Source of the DNA: a virus
Lineage: Duplodnaviria; Caudoviricetes
Direction: 5' to 3' (one strand)
IMG/VR virus record: IMGVR_UViG_2934470325_000001
Location: 32,001 to 96,000 of that record
Length of the DNA: 64,000 nucleotides
Below the pieces are notes generated by a model that ran no database searches, was not told where the DNA came from, and saw nothing but the letters and a program-made list of their open reading frames with translations. Below, in pieces: positions 8,434-16,941 of the stretch; the stretch's first letter is position 1; the number at the start of each line of letters is the position of its first letter. Made by a program: the position numbers and the translations under genes.

Positions 8434-8757
8434 ATGACCAACACTGCCGCGCAGACCGACGCCCTCTACCGCGCCGCCATCGCCACCGACGCCGCCATCG
8501 CCGGCCCGCACTGCACCATCGACGTGTACGAGCTGGAGGTCACCGGCCACAGCGACGACGGCCCGGTCTACGAGCTGAGCGACCGCACCGCCATGGACAC
8601 GGCCGCCACCAGCGTGCGCACCGACGACCCCGACCGGGCCGCCGCCGCCCAGGACGAGGCCGACGAGATCCTGCGGGCCGCAGGCTGGGTCCGGGTGGAG
8701 GACTGGGACGCCGGCGACGGCGGCCTGTACGCCGACGTGGAGCCGGCCAACGGCTGA
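8434..8757 (+). CDS. Very acidic small hypothetical protein
   Basis: GGAGGA RBS, ATG 8434; 23 D/E versus 6 R and no K in 107 aa. Confidence 0.8.
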   Translation: MTNTAAQTDALYRAAIATDAAIAGPHCTIDVYELEVTGHSDDGPVYELSDRTAMDTAATSVRTDDPDRAAAAQDEADEILRAAGWVRVEDWDAGDGGLYADVEPANG

Positions 8758-8769
8758 CGCCGGACGCAG

Positions 8770-8805
8770 AGCAGCCCCGCTCCCACGAGGGGAGCGGGGC
8801 TGCTT
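8770..8805 (+). terminator. Intrinsic terminator
   Basis: AGCAGCCCCGCTCCC / GGGAGCGGGGCTGCT followed by T. Confidence 0.85.
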
Positions 8806-8831
8806 GCTGTGCGGCGATCGTTCACTAAGCC

Positions 8832-8872
8832 GTGTAGACACATCTACACATCACGTGTAGACTCATCTACAT
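8832..8872 (+). promoter_or_regulatory. Leaderless promoter overlapped by two palindromic operators
   Basis: GTGTAGACACATCTACAC (8832-8849) and GTGTAGACTCATCTACAT (8855-8872); -35 TAGACA(8835)-17bp--10 TAGACT(8858); ATG 7 nt downstream. Confidence 0.85.
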
Positions 8873-9209
8873 GAGCGAGCGGCAGATCACCCGGGACATC
8901 GCCCGATACAGCGACACCGACGAGCCGATGCACCGGTGGGCCCTCACCATCGACGGCGACACCGTCTCCGAGCTGTGGGTGGCTATCGAGACCGGCGAGA
9001 TCATGCAGGTCGAAACCCCCGCCGAGCACCAGGGCAACGGCTACGCCACCGCCCTCTACCGGCAGGCCGCCGCCGAGATCACCATCTACCACGCCCCCGA
9101 AGCCCACCGCACCTACGAGGGTGACCGCTTCGCCCGTTCCGTCGGCGGCGACTCCCTGCCCTGCCAGCACGGCTGCTGCGACAACGACAACGACGACGAG
9201 GAGTTCTGA
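8871..9209 (+). CDS. Small GNAT-family acetyltransferase with Cys/acidic tail
   Basis: Acetyl-CoA motif A: VETPAEHQGNGYATALY; ends CQHGCCDNDNDDEEF. Confidence 0.75.
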   Translation: MSERQITRDIARYSDTDEPMHRWALTIDGDTVSELWVAIETGEIMQVETPAEHQGNGYATALYRQAAAEITIYHAPEAHRTYEGDRFARSVGGDSLPCQHGCCDNDNDDEEF

Positions 9210-9568
9210 TGGCCACCGACGACCTGATGGCCTGGGCCGGCCCCGCCTGGGCCGAACTGACCGACGAGCAGCGCGACCAGCTCGCTGCCGCCGCCGCCGA
9301 CATTACCCAGCGGTACCCCGACCCCGACGACCAGGGCGACCGCGACGCCGCCTTGTCGGCCACCGTGCAGTACCTGCTCGGCGAGACCACCGCCGACGAC
9401 ACTGCCCGCGCCCTGCTCGCCGCCCGGCAGGCCGCCCGCGCCGCCTACGTGGCCGCCGTGCAGCACGCCGTGATGCTCCACCGAGTCGGCGGCAGCCAGA
9501 AGAAGGCCGCCGCCCTCGCCTGCGGCATCGACCGGATGACCCTCCTCAAAGCCCTGGGCGAGCGGTGA
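9209..9568 (+). CDS. Helical protein with C-terminal HTH (probable autoregulator)
   Basis: SQKKAAALACGIDRMTLLKALG HTH; TGATG coupling. Confidence 0.75.
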   Translation: MATDDLMAWAGPAWAELTDEQRDQLAAAAADITQRYPDPDDQGDRDAALSATVQYLLGETTADDTARALLAARQAARAAYVAAVQHAVMLHRVGGSQKKAAALACGIDRMTLLKALGER

Positions 9569-10341
9569 GTCAGGACGAGTGGCTGCGCCGCCTACGCCGC
9601 GCCGGAACGGCAGTCACCGCAGCCAGCGCGGCCAGCGACGAAGCGTTCGCGCACCTCGACGCCACGGTCCGCGCTGCACGCCAGGCAGGGCGTACCGTGG
9701 CGCACCTGGTGACCGTGACGGGCCTGAGCAAAGCTCGAATCGACGAGGCCATCGCGGCCGGCGGCCCCGAGGACGACCTGCCAAGCAGCGACACCGCCCT
9801 GCGGATCGCCGCATACACCGCCGCCGCCGCAGACGCCAACTACCTTGCCTGCCGTGGCCGCCGAGACGCGCTCATGCTCCAAGCTGGCATGGAAGGGCTG
9901 ACGTACTCGGCGATCGCCGCTGCGGCGGGCACCTCCCGCCGGTACGAGTGGCAGCTACGCACCGGCCGCCTCGACATCGACAGGCGGTCGCCACGGCAGT
10001 CCGTGTTCGAAGGGGCCGGCATGGAGGCATATCGGGCCACCGAAAACGCGCGGCTGCGATCCCGCAGGCAAGCGGTAGAAGCCGGGCTGCCGGTGCAGAT
10101 CACGCACGGACTGTACGGCTACCGCCACGGATGCCGGTGCGACGTGTGCGTGGAGGCGCGGCGCGGCGTCCAGGCGGGCGACGTGGCCGTCAGCCACGGG
10201 CTCGACGGCTACCGCCACGGCTGCCGATGTGAGGTGTGCACGGCCAAGAACGCCAGCTACCACCGTGACTGGCGTCGCCGCCGGTCAAGCACAGTGCGCG
10301 TACTCCCGCCGCAGAGAGGGGAACCGCGATGGGAGGGGTAG
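9565..10341 (+). CDS. Double-HTH protein with two HG-x-x-GYRHGCRC-x-x-C Zn-binding repeats
   Basis: GTG 9565 overlapping upstream stop; GRTVAHLVTVTGLSKARI and GLTYSAIAAAAGTSRR; HGLYGYRHGCRCDVC and HGLDGYRHGCRCEVC. Confidence 0.7.
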   Translation: MSQDEWLRRLRRAGTAVTAASAASDEAFAHLDATVRAARQAGRTVAHLVTVTGLSKARIDEAIAAGGPEDDLPSSDTALRIAAYTAAAADANYLACRGRRDALMLQAGMEGLTYSAIAAAAGTSRRYEWQLRTGRLDIDRRSPRQSVFEGAGMEAYRATENARLRSRRQAVEAGLPVQITHGLYGYRHGCRCDVCVEARRGVQAGDVAVSHGLDGYRHGCRCEVCTAKNASYHRDWRRRRSSTVRVLPPQRGEPRWEG

Positions 10342-10778
10342 CCACCCTAGAGCATGGGCAGCAGGAGTACGCCTGGATGCTCAACGCGATCCGGGCCGAC
10401 GCGTGGCTGGTGGGGCGCATGTGGGTGGACGCCGAATCCACCCCTGACGAGCTGGACCAGCCCGGCACGGTGTGGTCGGTCGTCCTGGTCGACGGTGCCC
10501 CGGCGGCGTGGTGTGCGGCCACCCCCGACGCGGGCGCACTCCGGGCGCACTCCAACTACGAGCACCCCCGGCATCGGGGGCGCGGCCTGTACGCGGCGGC
10601 GTACGCGCAGAGGCACCGCGACGTGATCCGCACGTCAGGGGTGCCAGCGGTGACGTACCTCTTCGCGCAGCCGATCCCGTTGCACGAGGCGGACGGCTGG
10701 CACCGCACCAGTGCCCAGGGGCCGGGTGAGGTGGACGGCCACTGGTGGTGGGAACTGCGCCGCATCCCCACGGATTGA
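10329..10778 (+). CDS. Second GNAT-family acetyltransferase
   Basis: NYEHPRHRGRGLYAAAY motif A; LHEADGW motif B-like. Confidence 0.7.
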   Translation: MGGVATLEHGQQEYAWMLNAIRADAWLVGRMWVDAESTPDELDQPGTVWSVVLVDGAPAAWCAATPDAGALRAHSNYEHPRHRGRGLYAAAYAQRHRDVIRTSGVPAVTYLFAQPIPLHEADGWHRTSAQGPGEVDGHWWWELRRIPTD

Positions 10779-10880
10779 CAGCCGGGAACACGCTTTCCCG
10801 TCCGCCTGGTGTTCGGCCCAAGGTGGGCCGCTGTCGCCTCTCGGACAGCCCCACCCCGACCCGGCCGCTACCGTGCCCGG

Positions 10881-11339
10881 ATGATCCGCCGCACCCTCCC
10901 CGCCGCCCTCGCCCTCACCGCCGCCCTCACCGGCTGCGGCAGCAACCCCGAACCAGCCGCCGCACCGCCACCCACAAAAAGCGCAGCACCCCTCCCGCTC
11001 CTCATCCGAGGCACCTTCAGCCTGGAACTCCCCAAGTTCATCTGGTCCGAGGAAACGCACACCTGCGCAGGCATGGGCGGATACGACGACATTGCAGGCG
11101 GAACCCAAGTCCTCGTCACCGACCCGGCAGGAGTGAACCTCGCCGTCGGGGCACTCGACGACGGCCAGCCCGTCATCGACCCCGACGACGACAGCCGCGC
11201 CACCTCCTGCCTCTTCGAATTCGAAGTCCCGAATGTGCCCAGCGGTAAGGGCATCTACGGGATAGAGGTGGGCCGTCGGGGCAAGGTCCAATACAAGGAG
11301 GCCGACCTGGGGGAGAAGCTCAGCCTCAGCCTCGGCTGA
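10881..11339 (+). CDS. Lipoprotein (moron; superinfection-exclusion-like position)
   Basis: Signal peptide MIRRTLPAALALTAALTG|C with lipobox LTGC; TACCGT -10 six nt upstream of ATG. Confidence 0.8.
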   Translation: MIRRTLPAALALTAALTGCGSNPEPAAAPPPTKSAAPLPLLIRGTFSLELPKFIWSEETHTCAGMGGYDDIAGGTQVLVTDPAGVNLAVGALDDGQPVIDPDDDSRATSCLFEFEVPNVPSGKGIYGIEVGRRGKVQYKEADLGEKLSLSLG

Positions 11340-11488
11340 TCCCGTCACGGCAGGCATGCGAAAGGGGGCCGCCCCACCCCCCGCCGGCTGCCCGCGTGGC
11401 GGCGAGGCAGCGACAGACAGGGATGGGGCGGCCCTGGGCAACACCGGCGCTGGGGAGCTAGACCGGGGCCCGTCCGTGATGCTGAGGA

Positions 11489-11989
11489 TCAGGCAGCCGC
11501 GTCGGGGCGCTGGTCTGCCGGCGAGTGGCAAAACGGGAACGGCTCGACCAACGGAACAGTGCGCACGGTCCGCTCCACGCCGTAGAAGCCGCTGCGGGCG
11601 ATGACGGAGTTACCGTCGTCGTCGCACACGACCACCTCGATGGTGAGCTGCCCGTCGTCGATCTCGAAGCCCGCACCGGTGGGAACATCGTGCGGGTCGA
11701 GGCCGTTCGCGCGGACCCACTCGCACAGCATCTCTTGCCCCGGACCGCTGAGGGCCGGAAGACGCCCCGCCGTGACCACGCCCGAGTGATCCATGCGGGC
11801 GATCGAGGATTGCAGGAAGTCGCGCTCCGTCCGGTTACGCACCGCCTCCGCCGCGCCAGTCCACGCCTGCTGGATGGTGTCGCCGAGGTCATCCCACACC
11901 GGCATCGGGTCGCCCCGATAGTTCTTGAACCCGACCGCCTCGCCGTACGCCTGATAGGCGACCTGGGCCAGCTCAACGCTGTCGGTCAC
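11489..11989 (-). CDS. Two-domain hypothetical phage protein at end of the late operon
   Basis: GTG 11989 adjacent to holin stop; AQVAYQAYGEAVGFKNYRGDPMPVWDDL; C-half resembles 42032..42340. Confidence 0.7.
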   Translation of the reverse strand: MTDSVELAQVAYQAYGEAVGFKNYRGDPMPVWDDLGDTIQQAWTGAAEAVRNRTERDFLQSSIARMDHSGVVTAGRLPALSGPGQEMLCEWVRANGLDPHDVPTGAGFEIDDGQLTIEVVVCDDDGNSVIARSGFYGVERTVRTVPLVEPFPFCHSPADQRPDAAA

Positions 11990-11990
11990 C

Positions 11991-12359
11991 TCAGGCCGTC
12001 CGCTCGGCGGCACCAGCCGGCTTGTCCTTCACGCCGGCTTCCTGCGCCGCATCCGACACGCCCGTCGGCTTGAACAGCCCGAAGTGCACCGCCACGGCGA
12101 TGCCGAAGTTGATGAGGGTGGAGTACACCACCGGGATCCACTCGAACACCGCCGACGTGTTCTCCGCCTGCAACCACGCCGACAGGATCGAGTTGACCGC
12201 CGACAGGGTCAGCAGCAGCACCGCCTTCACGCCAGGACTGGTGGAGCGGCGGGTGACGAGGCCGACGAGGATCGGCAAGAGGATGGTGATGGCCAGGGAC
12301 AGCAGCCCGCCAAGGTTGGGGGCGAAGCCGTACACGGGCAGTGCGGGGATGTCGCTCAT
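11991..12359 (-). CDS. Holin-like membrane protein
   Basis: GGAGGGG RBS; three TM helices, polar C-tail; within lysis cassette. Confidence 0.75.
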   Translation of the reverse strand: MSDIPALPVYGFAPNLGGLLSLAITILLPILVGLVTRRSTSPGVKAVLLLTLSAVNSILSAWLQAENTSAVFEWIPVVYSTLINFGIAVAVHFGLFKPTGVSDAAQEAGVKDKPAGAAERTA

Positions 12360-12436
12360 GTGACCCCTCCAGGGGTGATCTTGAAGGGCCTACCCGACAT
12401 GAGGGCAGGCAGAAGGAAACGCCTACGATCGGCGTT

Positions 12437-12790
12437 GTGGCAGGCCAACCGCAGGTACGCGAGTCAGCGTGGCTGCACGCGCCCGCAAACCCGTACGTGC
12501 CGCTCGCCCACATGCGGCTAGAGGAACGCATGGATGGCACGGGGTGGGACCTGTACGTGTCCGACCCGGCCTCCGCCCCCAGTCAGCACGTGTGCTGGCC
12601 CGACGAGGACGGGGCACGCGGTGAGATGGAGCGGCTCTACACCGCCGGGCGGGCAGACGGCGAATGGCGCATCACACAGACCGGCCGTTCACCGCAGGCG
12701 GCGACGGACGCCCCACCAGCCGACGCAACGCATGAATATCCGGCTCCGGCCGCCACACCTCCGCCTGCACCGACGTCAACGTGTCCGTGA
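12437..12790 (+). CDS. Antisense small hypothetical gene inserted in the lysis cassette
   Basis: TACGAT -10 seven nt upstream of GTG 12437; fills a 310-bp gap; protein-like sequence (GWDLYVSD...WPDEDGARGEMERL); 3' end overlaps the opposite-strand gene. Confidence 0.5.
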   Translation: MAGQPQVRESAWLHAPANPYVPLAHMRLEERMDGTGWDLYVSDPASAPSQHVCWPDEDGARGEMERLYTAGRADGEWRITQTGRSPQAATDAPPADATHEYPAPAATPPPAPTSTCP

Positions 12791-13121
12791 ACCGGCCAAC
12801 CTCCCTGGTCATCCGCTTCAAGCGGTCCTCCAGCTCGGTGATCTGCGCCCGCAGCCGGGCCACATCCGCGTCAGCCTCATCGCGGATCCGCTCAGCCCGA
12901 TCCTCCGACTCCCGCGCTTCTTTGCGGGCGGCCTGCTCACTGGCCTGCAACTGGGTCGCCCACTGCAACATCGCGTCCCTACGCGACGCCCTACCGGCAA
13001 CCCGGTTGGTGATGGCGCTGACGACGATCGCCGCAGCAGCCGAGATCAAACCGACGATGACGGTGGTCGCATCCAACCCTGACGAGGCGGCAGCGAACAT
13101 CAGTCCGTAGGTGGGGTCCAT
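12672..13121 (-). CDS. Membrane-anchored coiled-coil protein (lysis cassette)
   Basis: AAAGGA RBS, ATG 13121; one TM helix followed by heptad-rich segment. Confidence 0.75.
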   Translation of the reverse strand: MDPTYGLMFAAASSGLDATTVIVGLISAAAAIVVSAITNRVAGRASRRDAMLQWATQLQASEQAARKEARESEDRAERIRDEADADVARLRAQITELEDRLKRMTREVGRFTDTLTSVQAEVWRPEPDIHALRRLVGRPSPPAVNGRSV

Positions 13122-13531
13122 GCTGGTTGTCCTTTGCTGGTGACCGGCTCTGGCCAGCCCGCGATCAACCACACACACATCGCGAACGCACCCCACACCG
13201 CCGCCGACACCCAGCCATCCGGCACGTTGCCGAGGACCCAGCCGGACAGGTACAGGGAGAACCAGAGGACTTTGATTCCGATGGCCGCGCCGAACGCCAA
13301 CCTGTCGCAGTCCCGCACCGACCCCAGGGTGCAGGCGACAGCGATGGCGATCCACAGAGCAGCCCACGGCCACAACGGCATGATGCCGTGCAGCCAGGCG
13401 TAAAACGGCTGGGCGTCGGGCTGGGCGGTGGCGAGACGCAGCCCGTAGGCGACGTCGAGGCCGGCGAACACCAGTAGGGCTATGCCTCGCCGGCCGACCC
13501 GGTGCTGCAACCGTGCGACCGCCCTACCCAT
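13100..13531 (-). CDS. Four-TM membrane protein (lysis cassette)
   Basis: Four hydrophobic helices; TGATG-coupled to endolysin. Confidence 0.8.
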   Translation of the reverse strand: MGRAVARLQHRVGRRGIALLVFAGLDVAYGLRLATAQPDAQPFYAWLHGIMPLWPWAALWIAIAVACTLGSVRDCDRLAFGAAIGIKVLWFSLYLSGWVLGNVPDGWVSAAVWGAFAMCVWLIAGWPEPVTSKGQPAWTPPTD

Positions 13532-14472
13532 CAGGACATGCTGCCGTCGGAGACGCGGCCGGTGAACGTGAACGTCGCCGGCAGTTCCAGACGTCCCGCC
13601 GGCCCCTGCGGACCGGGGTCACCCTTCGGCCCCTGCGGACCCGCCGGACCCTGAGGTCCCTGCGGGCCGGCAGGACCGGGCTGGCCAGCACCGCCGTACC
13701 GCTTCGCCATGCACATCTGGAGTTGCACGTAGCCCCACGCATCGAACTTGTCGCCGGAGGTGGCGGTGCTGCCGACCGACTTGCGCATCCGCAGCACCGC
13801 CGCCGACGTGCCCGACCCGTAGACGCCATCCTCATCGCCGGCCTTGAAACCGAGATAGTTGAGGGCGACCTGGAGGGCCTGCACGTGCATGCCCTTGTCG
13901 CCGACCTGGCAGAACATCAGGAGTCCCCCTGTCGAAGTCGTCAACCCGATGTACGCCAGGTAGCGGCGGAACACCGGGGTCAGATCAGTGCCGGCCTTCG
14001 TGACATCCCGGAACACGCTGGCGTGCGTGTGGGACAGGTGCGAGGTGTCGCCGCTCGACCGACGCTTAAGCCGATCCCAGCGTTTGACCGTCACCCCGTC
14101 GGGCGAGTAGATGACCTCGCGGATCCACAAGGTGTCCGGAGCATTCGCCTCACACTCACCGACCAGCCACACGCTGAACGTGCGCAAGTTGTGCGTCCGC
14201 CCGTTGACGGTGACGCTGAACCAGCCGACGTCCAGGGCCGACGCGTAGTCGCTCAGCCCGGCCTTGTCCCGCGACGACTCGACCACCGAGTAGTCGCTGG
14301 TCACCACCCGGTCCTCGCCGCAGTGGTAGCCGCCCCGGTGGGCGCTGTCGGCGACGATACCGACCTCGTTCGGTTCGAGGTCCGCCGAGCGGGCCACACC
14401 CGGATCCATGTCCAGATGCGTGAGGAGCAGGGAACGGACCTGCATCAGGTTGGATGGTGCGCGGGTCACCAC
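13531..14472 (-). CDS. Endolysin: Zn-peptidase-like catalytic domain, peptidoglycan-binding domain, collagen-like tail
   Basis: GGYH...SALD...HLSHTHAS His/Asp pattern; GDKGMHVQALQVAL...DGVYGSGTSAAV PG-binding signature; position directly after tail genes. Confidence 0.8.
   Translation of the reverse strand: MVTRAPSNLMQVRSLLLTHLDMDPGVARSADLEPNEVGIVADSAHRGGYHCGEDRVVTSDYSVVESSRDKAGLSDYASALDVGWFSVTVNGRTHNLRTFSVWLVGECEANAPDTLWIREVIYSPDGVTVKRWDRLKRRSSGDTSHLSHTHASVFRDVTKAGTDLTPVFRRYLAYIGLTTSTGGLLMFCQVGDKGMHVQALQVALNYLGFKAGDEDGVYGSGTSAAVLRMRKSVGSTATSGDKFDAWGYVQLQMCMAKRYGGAGQPGPAGPQGPQGPAGPQGPKGDPGPQGPAGRLELPATFTFTGRVSDGSMS
13594..13686 (-). repeat. Collagen-like (G-X-Y)x10 coding repeat in endolysin
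   Basis: GQPGPAGPQGPQGPAGPQGPKGDPGPQGPAG. Confidence 0.9.
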
Positions 14473-14494
14473 ATCACCTCCGTGGGGTTGCCGG

Positions 14495-15967
14495 TCATGC
14501 GGTCATGTCCCAGGTGATGGAGTCCAGCCACACCGACTGGCCTGTGCTGAGGCTGTTGCCGAGGGTGATCTCACCGTTCGTGGCGATCTGCAACTGGGTG
14601 CCGCCGCCCGTGTACCGGGCGATCGTCGTCACCGCCGCGAGCGGCCTGTGCGCGGTCGTCGGGATGACTGCGACCACCGCCCCGGACGACACCGCCCCGG
14701 TCGCGGTCAGCGTGCCCCGCAGCCGGCCGTTGTCGCCGCCACGGTCCAGCCGCGATGCCGCCGCCTTCGCGCCCAGCGCCATGCCTGTGCCCGCCGTCAG
14801 GGCGACGAACGAGGTGGGAGCGGCAGTGCCACCCGCCGATCCGGTCGTCCACGTGCCCGGGGTCCCGCCAGCCGTGCACAGGTAGACGGCACCGGCAGAG
14901 TCGAGCACCACGTCACCAGTCGTCCACGTGCCCGACGTCGGTGCGCCCGTCGTGGCACGCTGGCCGCGAAAGTTGACGGCGGTCAGGCTGTTGTAGGAGC
15001 CGCCCGCGCGGACACCGAGCAGGCCGGCGAGGACGCGGGTGGCCACAATCCAGCCGGGCTGGGTGGAGTGGGCGGTGCCGTACGCACCCAGCAGCGGCTC
15101 ACGGTTCGCCGCGACGCTGGGGTTGGTGCTGAGTTCGAAGAACCGGCCGGTCGACGGCCCGCCCTGGTTCTCATAGAACTCGAAGAACCGGCCGCCAATC
15201 CGGTTGTTGGTCGACGGGGCCCCGCGTACCTCACCGTTGCCGTTCGCCCAGAACGTCTTGACCGCCTGGCCGCCCGACGTAGTGGAGAACAACTGGATCG
15301 TGTCCGGGTTGTTGTCGCCCGACGAGTACGCCATCTGCATCCGCAGCCAAGGGTTACCGGACTGGCCCTGCGTCGGATCCGGGGCCGTCGCCGTCTGCCC
15401 CACATACGCGCCGCCCACCTTCGGTGGGTTGAGCAGCAGCGCACCAGCCACCTGCGACGGCGACAGCAGCGTGAACTGCCCGCCCGACCAGCCGATCACC
15501 GTGCCATCCACGCGGGCACCCAACGCGCCAGCCGACACATCGGAGAGGTTGGCCAGACCAGTCGAGTGCGGGTTGAGGGACGCCGCATGCGCCGCCAAAG
15601 CAGCAGCGTTGTCGGCCGCCTGCTGGCCGACCTGCTGCAACCGGGGGCCCAACACGCCGACCAGCCGCACCCGAGGGCCACCACCAGCGGACGCCCACAG
15701 GTCCGTCACCTCATCGGGTGCCTGAAACGGCGGGATCTGACCCAGGCCGCGCGTGCCGGTTCCGTCAGCAGACGTGACCGTGGTGACAGGGTTGCCGGCC
15801 TCATCGAGCAGGTCGGTGTACTGGACACCGCCCGTTTCCGCACTCCACCCGGTGACCTGCTGCCCGCCCACCACCACCGACTGCGCGCCGGTGACCGTGC
15901 CGACCGTCACCTCGTCGCCTACGGTGATCGTGTAGTCGGCGGCCCCACCGCCAAACCAGTACCGCAC
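14495..15967 (-). CDS. Minor tail / tail fibre protein
   Basis: G/T/A-rich beta-type sequence, last tail gene; GAGGAG RBS. Confidence 0.8.
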   Translation of the reverse strand: MRYWFGGGAADYTITVGDEVTVGTVTGAQSVVVGGQQVTGWSAETGGVQYTDLLDEAGNPVTTVTSADGTGTRGLGQIPPFQAPDEVTDLWASAGGGPRVRLVGVLGPRLQQVGQQAADNAAALAAHAASLNPHSTGLANLSDVSAGALGARVDGTVIGWSGGQFTLLSPSQVAGALLLNPPKVGGAYVGQTATAPDPTQGQSGNPWLRMQMAYSSGDNNPDTIQLFSTTSGGQAVKTFWANGNGEVRGAPSTNNRIGGRFFEFYENQGGPSTGRFFELSTNPSVAANREPLLGAYGTAHSTQPGWIVATRVLAGLLGVRAGGSYNSLTAVNFRGQRATTGAPTSGTWTTGDVVLDSAGAVYLCTAGGTPGTWTTGSAGGTAAPTSFVALTAGTGMALGAKAAASRLDRGGDNGRLRGTLTATGAVSSGAVVAVIPTTAHRPLAAVTTIARYTGGGTQLQIATNGEITLGNSLSTGQSVWLDSITWDMTA

Positions 15968-15990
15968 TATGACTCCTCAAGGGGTGGTGG

Positions 15991-16923
15991 CTACAGGGGC
16001 CAGGACTTGCTGCCGCGTGCGATGACGCCGGCAGCCATCGGCTCGTCAGCGCGGAGCTGCATGGTTCCGGAAGGCGCGAAGTGCGCGACGGCCGTTGCGC
16101 CGCCGAGCAGGTCGCACGACTCGCTCATACCGACGGTCGTCCGGTACTCGGCGGGAACTAGGAACGCGGTGGACAGCGCACCGGCGGCGACCGTGCTGCC
16201 GACCCGGTGGGTGTCCCACCGGCACCACACGGTGCCGTTCTTGGCGCGAATCTTGATGCTTGTACTCGCACCCGTCCAACCGGCCTCGGCCGTCAGATCG
16301 AGCCAGCCGGTGTCGGCGAGCAGCAGCACCCATGTGGTGCCGTTCGACTCGTAGGAGCGGCCCGTGTCCAGTTCCCGGATCTTGCGACCCAGTTCATGCG
16401 GGGGCCGGGTGCTGGAGGTGCAGTTGATTTGCCCGTCGGAGCCCACATACCAGGCCAGCGGCACGCACTGGCCGGCGTCGGTCGCCGTGTCGTTGTAGGG
16501 CACGGTGACCTCGGCGAGCGGCAGTTCCCACACGCCCGTCGAGGTGTCCTCGCCGTAGGTGGGGGAGGGGGTGGTGGGGGTGGCGAGCGCCGAACCCTTC
16601 ACGACGGCGAGGCCGATCGTCCACGGGTTGCGGGACAGCCGCAGCACGATCAGGTCTTTGCGGGTGGTGCCCGGTGTCGTGTTGGCGTCCACTGTCAGGC
16701 TGACCTCGGTGTCGCCGGAGTCCCACCGCAGGCCCCGCAACAGCGCCGACCGCGACGCCCGCACCTTCACCCCGAGCAGGGTGCTGTCGGCGTACACCAG
16801 CGGTGTCAAAGCAGGCGATCCGATGAGCCCATCCGGGGCCATCGGGTGCATCAAGTCTTCGTACTCGCGGGGCGTCACAGCACGCGAGTTGTGGGCGGTG
16901 GTGGGGTACGCGTAGCCAGCCAT
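15991..16923 (-). CDS. Minor tail protein
   Basis: RKDLIVLRL...VVKGSA..P..P...WELPLAEVTVP motif common in actinophage minor tails. Confidence 0.8.
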   Translation of the reverse strand: MAGYAYPTTAHNSRAVTPREYEDLMHPMAPDGLIGSPALTPLVYADSTLLGVKVRASRSALLRGLRWDSGDTEVSLTVDANTTPGTTRKDLIVLRLSRNPWTIGLAVVKGSALATPTTPSPTYGEDTSTGVWELPLAEVTVPYNDTATDAGQCVPLAWYVGSDGQINCTSSTRPPHELGRKIRELDTGRSYESNGTTWVLLLADTGWLDLTAEAGWTGASTSIKIRAKNGTVWCRWDTHRVGSTVAAGALSTAFLVPAEYRTTVGMSESCDLLGGATAVAHFAPSGTMQLRADEPMAAGVIARGSKSWPL

Positions 16924-16941
16924 CCGCGCCTCCCCTCAGGG

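Noticed and set aside
14408-16354. 648-aa plus-strand ORF
   Set aside because: Antisense to minor tail genes; low-complexity Arg-rich translation.
14495-16923. Diversity-generating retroelement targeting tail fibres
   Set aside because: No reverse transcriptase and no template/variable repeat pair noticed in the window.
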